Part shown: positions 8,371 to 16,216 of the stretch, piece after piece | Position numbering within the stretch: position 1 is the stretch's first letter | Layout of the letters: the number at the start of each line of letters is the position of its first letter | Source of the DNA: Archaeoglobus fulgidus DSM 4304 | GTDB taxonomy: Archaea; Halobacteriota; Archaeoglobi; Archaeoglobales; Archaeoglobaceae | Assembly: GCF_000008665.1 (NCBI RefSeq) | Contig: NC_000917.1 | Location: 1,170,001 to 1,202,000 of the forward strand | Direction of reading: 5' to 3' | Length of the DNA stretch: 32,000 bases | The notes under the pieces: model-generated | The model's input: only the letters and a program-made list of their open reading frames with translations | The model's database searches: none | Told to the model about the DNA's origin: nothing | Position numbers and translations under genes: made by a program

Positions 8371-8376
8371 CCTCCT
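8371..8376 (-). promoter_or_regulatory. Shine-Dalgarno AGGAGG for the first gene of the pAgo operon
   Basis: The plus strand reads cctcct at 8371-8376, which is AGGAGG on the minus strand, 7 nt upstream of ATG 8363. It stands out in an AT-rich context. Confidence 0.6.
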
Positions 8377-8410
8377 AAAACTTGTTTTCATCACATCAAC
8401 TTAGGGTTTG

Positions 8411-8430
8411 GCTAAATAAATTTTAATCTT
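8411..8430 (-). promoter_or_regulatory. Candidate TATA box for the pAgo operon
   Basis: The minus strand reads aagattaaaatttatttagc, ~50-65 nt upstream of ATG 8363. This would give a ~30-nt leader containing the SD. The AT-rich background makes the call tentative. Confidence 0.3.
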
Positions 8431-8507
8431 GGACTGGAGTCTTATTAAATTGCAATTCCAGCTAAGTTAAAAATGGTTATATTTATTTTTTATCCTCAAA
8501 AAATTAC

Positions 8508-8517
8508 CTTTATTTAA
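8508..8517 (+). promoter_or_regulatory. TATA box for the secreted Cys-rich protein gene
   Basis: ctttatttaa is centred ~25 nt upstream of ATG 8538, a leaderless arrangement. Confidence 0.45.
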
Positions 8518-8537
8518 TTCACCAACAAGTTTTAACC

Positions 8538-9122
8538 ATGAAACGCTACATCCTTCTTCTGATACTTGCCGCCATCCTTCCGCTCTGCCTGCAGAGCGGA
8601 GAGCAGAATGCCGGAAGTGTGGAGAAGCTGAACTACACCATCAAGGGCTGTGGAGCTGAGAAGGTCGCTGAATACGGTGTTGAAGGCTACGAGTTTGTTG
8701 GTAGCAACCTCACAGTCCACATAATGAGAAACTGCTGCAGCGATGAGATTCTCGTGGAGAAATCCGAAAACGAATACAGAATCGTCGAGAAGGACAATGA
8801 CGGGGAAATATGCAAGTGCAACTGCATGAGCACGGTGGAGATATACGACGTCAGAGAGAAGGACTTTAAGGTCACCTTCACAGACTTTAACGGCGAAACC
8901 AAGGAAATCAAATCCCTTGAGGAGGAGTTTTGTGGATGGTCAACCTACGCTGAGTGCAAGAGCGATGCTGATTGCAAAGCGGCGGGATGCTCAGGGCAGG
9001 TTTGTGCTGGAGTTGGAGAGCAGATCGTCACGACCTGCGAGTGGAGGGAGTGCTTCGATGCTGCGAAGTACGGAATGAGATGCGGCTGCATCAACAATCA
9101 GTGCCAGTGGGCACAAAGTTAA
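8538..9122 (+). CDS. Secreted or lipid-anchored cysteine-rich protein
   Basis: Signal peptide MKRYILLLILAAILPLCLQSG. The C-terminal ~60 aa carry 10 Cys (CGWSTYAECKSDADCKAAGCSGQVCAG...TTCEWRECFDAAKYGMRCGCINNQCQW), resembling small archaeal Cys-cluster domains. Function unknown. Confidence 0.65.
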   Translation: MKRYILLLILAAILPLCLQSGEQNAGSVEKLNYTIKGCGAEKVAEYGVEGYEFVGSNLTVHIMRNCCSDEILVEKSENEYRIVEKDNDGEICKCNCMSTVEIYDVREKDFKVTFTDFNGETKEIKSLEEEFCGWSTYAECKSDADCKAAGCSGQVCAGVGEQIVTTCEWRECFDAAKYGMRCGCINNQCQWAQS

Positions 9123-9146
9123 TTTTTCCTTCACCAACTTAAGGGC

Positions 9147-9698
9147 ATGAAAATCTACGTGATATACAACTACGGCCAGTACAACCACCTCATCCACAGA
9201 ACTCTCAGGGACTTGGGAGTGGAAACGAAGCTTGTGGAGAACACCACACCCGTTGAGCAGCTTAAGGATGTGGACGGGCTTGTGATTGGTGGTGGGCCAT
9301 CCCTCGACAGAACGGGGAACTGCGAGCTTTATCTCAAAGAGCTTGACGTTCCAATGATTGGAATCTGCCTCGGTCACCAGCTCATGGCCAAGGTTTTTGG
9401 CGGTGAGGTTGGAAAGGGCTCGATGGGAGGTTATTCGGAGGTTAAGGTCAGGATTGTTGAGGACGACGAGCTTTTTGAGGGGATTCCGAGAGAAATTACG
9501 GTGTGGGCAAGCCACATGGACGAGGTAAAAAAGCTGCCTGAGGGATTCAAGAGGCTTGCCGAATCGGACATCTGCAAGATTGAGGCGATGAGGCACGAGA
9601 AGAAGCCACTCTATGGCGTGCAGTGGCATCCTGAGGTTTACCATTCCCAGTTTGGTGTGGAGCTTTACAGAAACTTCATCGAGATTTGCAAAAAGTAG
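9147..9698 (+). CDS. guaAA: GMP synthase [glutamine-hydrolysing] subunit A (class I glutamine amidotransferase)
   Basis: 183 aa with MKIYVIYNYGQYNHLIHRTLRDLG, the nucleophile motif GICLGHQL and VQWHPEV (His/Glu of the triad). This is the typical stand-alone archaeal GuaA-A. Confidence 0.9.
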   Translation: MKIYVIYNYGQYNHLIHRTLRDLGVETKLVENTTPVEQLKDVDGLVIGGGPSLDRTGNCELYLKELDVPMIGICLGHQLMAKVFGGEVGKGSMGGYSEVKVRIVEDDELFEGIPREITVWASHMDEVKKLPEGFKRLAESDICKIEAMRHEKKPLYGVQWHPEVYHSQFGVELYRNFIEICKK

Positions 9699-10562
9699 TC
9701 AGCTCAGCCTCTCCCTCAGCCTGCAGAAAGCACACACGTCTCCGCTCGAAACCTCTCCGCAGATTTTGCAGTACTTAGTTTCCTCAAACTCCTCCGCTGG
9801 CCTTACTAATCCCCTGACGAAGTTCTTAACGAAGCCCGGCTTTCTCCTCTCGATGTCGTAAACAATTTCCTTCCACTCCGGATTTGGAGCGTGGGGACAC
9901 TCCATAAGAGTGTGGGGGATGTCATTAACCAGAACGTATAGCATGTTTTCTTTCTCGCTTACCTCGAAGAGAGGCTTTGCCCTTGTAACAATTTTCTCAT
10001 CAAAGGGCTCGTTTCTCGGCATCAGCTTCTCCGCCCACACTCTCGTCCCGCCGGCAACGTTTTTGATGTAGAATGAAGCTATGTCCTCAGCCGTGTGGCC
10101 TGTGGCAACAACATCAAAACTATTCTCCCTCGCAAACCTGTTCATGATGTATCTCTTTGCAGTTCCGCAGGCTGAACAGGTTTTTCTCCTCATTTTCCTC
10201 GCAACATCATCAACGGTGAAGCCGTAGTCCCTCAGCCTCACCACGTTAAGGCTGAGGTCAAGACTGGATGAAAGCTCCCTCACAACCCTCTCCGACTCTT
10301 CAGAGTAGTTGCCAATTCCAAGGTCGATGTAGAGCAGCTCAGCATCGTAGTCGAGTTCCTTCAAAACTGCAGCCAGTGCAGAGCTGTCCTTTCCCCCCGA
10401 AATCGCTATCAGCACCCTCTCCTCTGGCCTGAGAATCCTGAACCTCTTTATGCTCCTTTTAACGAGATTTCTGTAAAATTCTGGGTAGCACTTTTCGCAG
10501 AGAGCTATGCCGTAGGCTTTAAGATTCGCTACAGCCTTTCTTCCGCACTTTTTGCACTTCAT
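9699..10562 (-). CDS. TtuA/TtcA-family PP-loop tRNA 2-thiolation enzyme
   Basis: PP-loop AISGGKDSSALA is flanked by N-terminal (CKKCG...CEKC) and C-terminal (CKICG...CAFC) zinc fingers, plus a central CSACG. The ATG overlaps the stop of the upstream protease gene as ATGA (10559-10562). Confidence 0.8.
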   Translation of the reverse strand: MKCKKCGRKAVANLKAYGIALCEKCYPEFYRNLVKRSIKRFRILRPEERVLIAISGGKDSSALAAVLKELDYDAELLYIDLGIGNYSEESERVVRELSSSLDLSLNVVRLRDYGFTVDDVARKMRRKTCSACGTAKRYIMNRFARENSFDVVATGHTAEDIASFYIKNVAGGTRVWAEKLMPRNEPFDEKIVTRAKPLFEVSEKENMLYVLVNDIPHTLMECPHAPNPEWKEIVYDIERRKPGFVKNFVRGLVRPAEEFEETKYCKICGEVSSGDVCAFCRLRERLS

Positions 10563-12064
10563 AAGAGACCCCTAATGTTCGGAATTGCTATTGACATCAG
10601 GATTGAGAAGAAGACGATGAAGGCGAAAAACTTGACGACCTTCATCGACATCTCTTCAGCCCTCTCACCATACCTCCTCGCCAGCAGCTTCGCAAAGACC
10701 TCGTGGAAAACTCTCCCGCCATCGAGAGGCACGGCTGGAAGGCAGTTGAAAAGGCCAACGTAGAAGTTAATCCACCCGACCCAGTAGAGTGTGTTCAGAA
10801 CCCAGAAAACCCACTGAGGCGCGACGAAGAGGGGCTCAAGTGCTTCTGTGAAGCCCTGAAACCTGAAGGGCATTGCGATGAGGTAAAGCCACCCTCCGAC
10901 GGACTTTATCAGCTCGGGAACGGATTTCAGCTCGTCGAGCATCGCCTTTGAGTGGAAGACGTTTATTCCATCAATGGAGTCAAAGGTGCTGACGTAAACG
11001 CCCAGAAATCCCTTCTCCCCTTTTCCAGCAAGCGTCACGTTGAAGGTTCTGAAGGTTCCGTTGTCGTAAACCTCAACGCTGACTCTCTGCCCCGGCTTCG
11101 TTTCCTGCATCTTCCTCTGAAAGTCCTCGTAGCCTGTAATTCGCGTCTCGTCTATTCTGACTATCAGCATCCCTGCTTTTATCCCCGCAAGCTCCGCGGG
11201 GAACTTCTCGCCATTTTCGGTGTAGAGGCCTATCACCTTCACGCCCATCACAGCCGGAACGCTCAGAATCCTGATTTCATCGCCATTCACAATCTTTATC
11301 TCCGCAATCTCCGCATTCTGCAATACCGCCTTCACGTCATCAACGCTGCTAACCTTCACTCCATTAACCTCAACAATCCTCCCCTCAACCACTCCGCTGT
11401 CGTTCACCGCAACAAGGGCGGGCTGAACTGTAGGGAGAAGGGAGAAGAAGAGTGCGAAGGCTATGAAGGCAACAGCAAAGTTGCTAACAACTCCAGCTGA
11501 GAAAATCCTGATTCTTGCAGAACTCTTTGTCCTTTCCTTATCCATAATTTCCTTCTCCTCCGGCTCGGCAAACCCGCCTATCGGGATGAGGGCGAGAATC
11601 ACGCCAAGCGATTTTACCGTCACACCCTCGACTCTGCAGAGGATGGCATGGCTGAACTCGTGGACGATTAGAGTTACAACAAGCCCTATCGTGCCCCACA
11701 CAATGGGAATGAAGGGATTAACGCCAGGCAAAAGCAGCGCAGCCCTCGGACTTGTCAGCTCAGACGGCTGGGGAGGACTTATGAGCATTATGTAATCCGC
11801 TATCAGAATGAGAGAGAACATGAAAACCATTCCAGCGAAGACCGCAGGCAGACCGAGGTCGGCAAAGAGCCTCCAGAATCTCTTCGGTCTTGAAAGCTTC
11901 TCAAGGAGTTCAAGCCCCTTTTTCGTTCTTATCATCAAAACTGGCCCGTAAGCGGTTATGTTGTATCTCTCAAGAGTTCCTCTTCTTCTCAGCCACTCAA
12001 CCAAGCCCCAGTAGGCTCCGAAGGCGATTAGTGCGTAGGCAATGGATTCAAGCTCGGTGGACAT
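10559..12064 (-). CDS. Site-2 protease family (M50) membrane metalloprotease with PDZ domains
   Basis: Contains HEFSHAILC (HExxH) and NCLPAVPLDGGRV (the LDG motif), several transmembrane segments and central PDZ-like repeats. Confidence 0.85.
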   Translation of the reverse strand: MSTELESIAYALIAFGAYWGLVEWLRRRGTLERYNITAYGPVLMIRTKKGLELLEKLSRPKRFWRLFADLGLPAVFAGMVFMFSLILIADYIMLISPPQPSELTSPRAALLLPGVNPFIPIVWGTIGLVVTLIVHEFSHAILCRVEGVTVKSLGVILALIPIGGFAEPEEKEIMDKERTKSSARIRIFSAGVVSNFAVAFIAFALFFSLLPTVQPALVAVNDSGVVEGRIVEVNGVKVSSVDDVKAVLQNAEIAEIKIVNGDEIRILSVPAVMGVKVIGLYTENGEKFPAELAGIKAGMLIVRIDETRITGYEDFQRKMQETKPGQRVSVEVYDNGTFRTFNVTLAGKGEKGFLGVYVSTFDSIDGINVFHSKAMLDELKSVPELIKSVGGWLYLIAMPFRFQGFTEALEPLFVAPQWVFWVLNTLYWVGWINFYVGLFNCLPAVPLDGGRVFHEVFAKLLARRYGERAEEMSMKVVKFFAFIVFFSILMSIAIPNIRGLL

Positions 12065-12103
12065 TGTATTAAATAAGGGAGGTCACAATAAAAGCTTTGA
12101 GGT

Positions 12104-12115
12104 AAAAATTTATAG
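12104..12115 (+). promoter_or_regulatory. TATA box for the decarboxylase gene
   Basis: aaaaatttatag is centred ~25 nt upstream of ATG 12135. This supports the internal ATG rather than the ORF-track start at 12042. Confidence 0.45.
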
Positions 12116-12134
12116 AATCCACACAACTAAAATC

Positions 12135-13508
12135 ATGAGCTTTCCCAATGGGAGCGATGCTGAGGGAGTGCTGAAGAGGCTTGAAGACTACGCTAAGAAC
12201 GATTTTGAGCCGCACAGCAGGAGAATGTGGGGACACATCTACTACGCCGGGCTTAAGGATGTTGTTGAGCTTGCGAGGAAGGCCTATTTAATGTACATGG
12301 ATAAGACTATGCTCGACTTTACCTGCTTTCCGAGCCTTCTGAGGATGGAGAGGGAAGTTGTGCGAATGGCTTCATCATTGCTGAATGGGGACGAGGAGGT
12401 TGTGGGAAACTTCACCTACGGTGGGACTGAGAGCATAATGCTTGCCCTAAAGGCGGCAAGAGAGAAGTTCAGGAAGGAGGAAGGGGGAAATGTCGTCCCC
12501 GAAATCGTTCTGCCCGCAACGGCCCATCCTGCCTTCTGGAAGAGTGCCGAGTATCTTGGAATGAGGTGCTTGAGGGCGAAGCTCGATGATGAGCTGAGAG
12601 CTGATGTGGAGACTGTGAAGGAGCTTGTTGGTGATAAGACGGCCATGATTGTCGGCTCAGCCCCAAACTACCCCTTTGGCGTTGTTGATGACATTAAAGC
12701 CCTCTCTGACATTGCGGTTGACGGGAAACTCTGGCTGCACGTCGATGCATGCCTTGGAGGCTTTCATCTCCCCTTCTTCAGGGAGCTTGGAGAGAAAATC
12801 CCGGATTTCGATTTCAGCGTTGAGGGAGTGCACTCAATTTCAGCGGACTTCCACAAGTACGGATTGTCGCCGAGAGGGGCTTCTGTGATTCTCTACAGGA
12901 ATGCTAAGCTCAGAGAGGGGCAGATTTTTGTTATGGCCTCATGGCCGGGCTATCCTCTCGTAAACACCGCTGTGCTCTCAACCCGCTCTGCGGGAACGCT
13001 CGCAGCAGCGTGGGCGGTTATGAGCTACCTCGGTTTTGACGGCTACCTGAAACTTGCAAAGAAAACGCTCTACGCAAAGAAAAGGCTGATAGATGGGCTT
13101 ACAGAGCTTGGGCTGGAGCTGCTTGGCAGTCCAGAGGGGGCGGTTTTAGCATTTACCTCTGAGAGGCACAACCTCTTCAAAGTGAGCACTCTCATGGCTG
13201 AGAAAGGGTGGTATGTGCAGTCGCAGCCCGGCTCCAAGAAACTGGGCTTTCCGAGGAGTCTGCACTTCTCGGTAATTCCGGGCCATGCGGAGGTTGTTGA
13301 CGAGTTTCTTGAGGACATGAGGGAGGTGCTGCCAGAGTGCGAGTGCAGCTATCCAGAAATGTCGTCCTTTGACGTTTCAAAGCTCAAATTCGGTGAGGAT
13401 GGACTGCCAGAAGATTCAGAGCTTATTTCAGAGCTAATCCACTCCATGCCGCCTGAGATTGTTGAGAGCGTGTTCAAGCAATTCATCAACGAGCTAATAT
13501 TCCGCTGA
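12135..13508 (+). CDS. PLP-dependent group II decarboxylase / sphingosine-1-phosphate-lyase-like enzyme
   Basis: PLP-lysine motif SADFHKYGLSP and fold-type I features (GGTESIMLALKAAR, LHVDACLGG). 457 aa from ATG 12135. Confidence 0.78.
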   Translation: MSFPNGSDAEGVLKRLEDYAKNDFEPHSRRMWGHIYYAGLKDVVELARKAYLMYMDKTMLDFTCFPSLLRMEREVVRMASSLLNGDEEVVGNFTYGGTESIMLALKAAREKFRKEEGGNVVPEIVLPATAHPAFWKSAEYLGMRCLRAKLDDELRADVETVKELVGDKTAMIVGSAPNYPFGVVDDIKALSDIAVDGKLWLHVDACLGGFHLPFFRELGEKIPDFDFSVEGVHSISADFHKYGLSPRGASVILYRNAKLREGQIFVMASWPGYPLVNTAVLSTRSAGTLAAAWAVMSYLGFDGYLKLAKKTLYAKKRLIDGLTELGLELLGSPEGAVLAFTSERHNLFKVSTLMAEKGWYVQSQPGSKKLGFPRSLHFSVIPGHAEVVDEFLEDMREVLPECECSYPEMSSFDVSKLKFGEDGLPEDSELISELIHSMPPEIVESVFKQFINELIFR

Positions 13509-15011
13509 GTTCAGCTTTCTGTAAACTTTTTTCAGCTTGCTGTAAAGCTCCTTGTAGTATTCGAAAAGCCTGTCGTAAACCTTTGCCTCCTCATCGTCGG
13601 GCTTGAAAACTCTGTCAACCTCGAACTTCGCTGCTGCACTTTCAAAGCTCTCCTCCCCCAGCCCAACCGCCGCCATTGTAGCCAAACCTCTCAACCCAGT
13701 TTCCTCAGGATGCTTTATCCTCCTCAGCGGCCTTCTAACGGCATTCGATATAATCTGACACCAGATGTCAAAAAGCGCCCCTCCCCCGACAATGCTCACC
13801 ATCTGCTGCGGAGCGGTCATCTTTTCCACATAGCCAAAGACCCACTTGATGTTCAATGCAACCCCCTCCATCATCGCCCTCAGAACCTCTTCCCTCCCGC
13901 TGTCGAGGCCCACGTTTACCAGCCCTCCCCTAACGTAGGGGTCGTCGATTGGAGCCCTCTCGCCGTAGAACCACGGCATGAATATCAGCTTTCCTGCAGG
14001 AGCCTTCTCCACAAGCTCCTTCACCAGCTCGTATTCTCCTTGAATGCCCACAAGCCTCATCGCCCACTCCAGAGCGCCTGCAGCAACTTCCTGTTCGGCA
14101 ATCAGCAAGTACTTCTCAGGAATGGCGCTCAGCAGGCTCCCTATAAAGTGGAAGATGTCAGTTTTTCTTTGTGGAATGTGGGCAGCAACCCAGTCACTCG
14201 TTCCGACGTAAATGTGGCACTCGTAGTCCTTCACCGCTCCAGAGCCAACGGCTGCAGCTGCAACGTCTCCAGAGCCAACCATTACCGGCACATCCCCCTC
14301 TAATCCAAATTCCTTCCTCACCTCAGGGCGAAGATAGCCGGCAATTTCTGTGCAGTTCTTTATCTCAGGGAAGAGCGAGGCTGACAAGGCATAATCTTTA
14401 AGGATGCTCTCAGACCACCTCGCCTTCCCTCCGCGGGTGTCTGCAAGCCATGTTAGGTGTGCTTCGTCGGGACTCGTAACAAAATTTCCGGTGGCTCTCG
14501 CAACCAAATATCCTCTAACGTCGAGCATCTTGAAGGTCTTGCCGAAAACATCCGGCTCATTCTCCCTGATCCAGACTATCTTTGAAATCGGGTCTTTACC
14601 CGTCCTCGACGGTGCTCCCCCCGTCAAACGCAGAAATTTGATTAGCTTGGTTAATGAGTAGCCCTGAATTTTAATCAAACCCTTCCACACGTCCTCAGGC
14701 AGTCCCGCAGCCCTTTCATCGAGCCACGTTATGATGTTCCTCAGCGCGTTGCCCTCTCCATCAACAGGCACAACCCCCGCCATGTGGGCGCCAAACACAA
14801 TGGCGTCGGGATTTGCTTTCTCAGCCAGAGGCTTGCAAACTTCAACAATACTGTTCCACAGCTTTTCCGGATCCTTCTCAGCCCAGTGCTTTTTCGGATA
14901 CTCCACAACAGCCCTTGTTGATTGAGTACTCTCAGCCTCAAAATTTTCGGTGCTAACAATCCCGGCTTTAATGGAGGTGGTCCCAACATCAACTGCAAGA
15001 ATGGAGGCCAT
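13494..15011 (-). CDS. FGGY-family carbohydrate kinase (xylulokinase/glycerol-kinase-like)
   Basis: N-terminal ILAVDVGTTSIKAG is the FGGY phosphate-1 motif, and the ~505 aa length fits the family. The ORF-track start at 15014 is a TTG. The ATG at 15011 lies ~26 nt from the TATA-like aaaattataaatattt (minus strand, 15030-15045). Confidence 0.85.
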   Translation of the reverse strand: MASILAVDVGTTSIKAGIVSTENFEAESTQSTRAVVEYPKKHWAEKDPEKLWNSIVEVCKPLAEKANPDAIVFGAHMAGVVPVDGEGNALRNIITWLDERAAGLPEDVWKGLIKIQGYSLTKLIKFLRLTGGAPSRTGKDPISKIVWIRENEPDVFGKTFKMLDVRGYLVARATGNFVTSPDEAHLTWLADTRGGKARWSESILKDYALSASLFPEIKNCTEIAGYLRPEVRKEFGLEGDVPVMVGSGDVAAAAVGSGAVKDYECHIYVGTSDWVAAHIPQRKTDIFHFIGSLLSAIPEKYLLIAEQEVAAGALEWAMRLVGIQGEYELVKELVEKAPAGKLIFMPWFYGERAPIDDPYVRGGLVNVGLDSGREEVLRAMMEGVALNIKWVFGYVEKMTAPQQMVSIVGGGALFDIWCQIISNAVRRPLRRIKHPEETGLRGLATMAAVGLGEESFESAAAKFEVDRVFKPDDEEAKVYDRLFEYYKELYSKLKKVYRKLNSAEY

Positions 15012-15063
15012 CAATAATATTGAGTTGCAAAATATTTATAATTTTCTACAATTAACGACTCAG

Positions 15064-15080
15064 GTTTAAAGCTTTAATAC
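15064..15080 (+). promoter_or_regulatory. TATA-like box for the MFS transporter gene
   Basis: gtttaaagctttaatac is centred ~29 nt upstream of ATG 15101. Confidence 0.4.
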
Positions 15081-15100
15081 TCCAGCGAAGATTAGGGGCA

Positions 15101-16216
15101 ATGCTCAGGCTCATACTTTCGGGATTCTTTGCCTACGCCTCGCTTAGCTGCGTCATTCCAATCATCCCCTCCTACGCCTCCTCACTTGGAGCTTCCGTCT
15201 TTCTCTCAGCTTTTGCTGCTGGAGTCTTCGCTTTATTTCCCGCAATAGCCATGACACCCTTCGGTATGCTGAGCGAGGTTTACGGGAGGAGGCGTTTTCT
15301 TGTTGCAGGGGCAGTTACAAGCCTTCTTGCATCTCTGCTCTATCTGCAATCCAGCACTGCAGAACTTCTCGTTTTTTCGAGGACTCTACATGGCTTGGGG
15401 AGTGCCCTCTACATCCCCTCCATCAATGCATTGGTTGCTGACATCTCAGAGGAGAGCAGAAGGGGAGAGGCCATGGGGAAGCTGCAAACCGCATTGATGC
15501 TCGGATTCTTTGCCGGCCCGCTTGCAGGGGGTTTTGTTTCGGATTTCTTTGGTGTTAAGGCAGTCTTCCTGCTCGCTCTGGTCTTTTCTGCTGCAGCACT
15601 TGTTCCTGTTGTTGGGGTGAGGGAAAGGAGCAAGGGCGGGGAGATTGGAAAGCAGTTCATCTTTCCGAGAAAGCTTGCCCCGCTGTTTGCGGTGATGTTT
15701 GTGGGAATGGCGACCGGCTCTTCTCTTGCACTCTTCGCCATTCCATTCTACGCTCCAGAGCTTAACATATCCCAGCAGCAGGCAGGATTGCTTGTTGCTG
15801 TGCTTTTCCTCTTCTCAGCCATCATTAGAGTTCCCGCAGGGATACTGGCAGACAGGGCTGGAAGAAATGTTACCGCCCTTTTGGGGATGGTAGTCACAGG
15901 CTTGGGGCTTTTTTCCGCATTTAAGCCCGATTTTCCCTTCCTGTTTCTCGCCTCTCTGCTCTGCGGCGCAGGAAACGGCATTGTGAACACTGCAGTCTTT
16001 GCCGCAGCCTCCGACTACGAGAACAGGGGGTATGCGATGGGCGTGGCGAACACAGTCCTCAACGCAGGAATTTTCGCTGGAACAACCTTGGCCGGATTTA
16101 TGGCAGGATTTCTCAGCTTTCAGAGCATGATGCTGATTCTTGCCGCAGCAACTCTGCTCTTCTCCCCTATATCACTATCGAAAGGCTTTGGCAGCATCTC
16201 TGAGGTTGAGAGATAA
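15101..16216 (+). CDS. Major facilitator superfamily transporter
   Basis: About 11-12 hydrophobic segments. MFS motif-A-like loops are present in both halves (GMLSEVYGRRRFL and GILADRAGRN). Confidence 0.8.
   Translation: MLRLILSGFFAYASLSCVIPIIPSYASSLGASVFLSAFAAGVFALFPAIAMTPFGMLSEVYGRRRFLVAGAVTSLLASLLYLQSSTAELLVFSRTLHGLGSALYIPSINALVADISEESRRGEAMGKLQTALMLGFFAGPLAGGFVSDFFGVKAVFLLALVFSAAALVPVVGVRERSKGGEIGKQFIFPRKLAPLFAVMFVGMATGSSLALFAIPFYAPELNISQQQAGLLVAVLFLFSAIIRVPAGILADRAGRNVTALLGMVVTGLGLFSAFKPDFPFLFLASLLCGAGNGIVNTAVFAAASDYENRGYAMGVANTVLNAGIFAGTTLAGFMAGFLSFQSMMLILAAATLLFSPISLSKGFGSISEVER

Larger units (their letters stand above)
5210..8530. other. Low-GC genomic island carrying the pAgo operon
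   Basis: GC changes abruptly. Lines starting at 5521 and 7201 are 13/60 G+C each, against 35/60 for the line starting at 4021. The left edge is at ~5205-5215, inside the methyltransferase remnant. The right edge is at ~8530, just before the secreted-protein gene. I saw no integrase, tRNA or convincing terminal repeats. Confidence 0.8.

Noticed and set aside
5221-8418. Possible flanking direct repeat of the island: aacttaagtctgtttggataa (5221-5241) versus aacttagggtttggctaaataa (8397-8418)
   Set aside because: Only ~13 scattered matching bases with gaps, in AT-rich sequence where chance matches are common. The right copy lies inside the operon's leader/promoter region rather than at the GC boundary. 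This is not enough to call an att-like repeat.
8991-9644. 217-aa minus-strand ORF opposite guaAA and the Cys-rich protein gene
   Set aside because: It is antisense to a confidently identified amidotransferase, its composition is not protein-like, and it has no start context.
10575-11795. Plus-strand ORFs (10575-10763, 10703-10951, 10952-11500, 11463-11795) opposite the site-2 protease
   Set aside because: These are antisense shadow ORFs within a gene that has clear HExxH and LDG motifs. I recognise no motifs in them.
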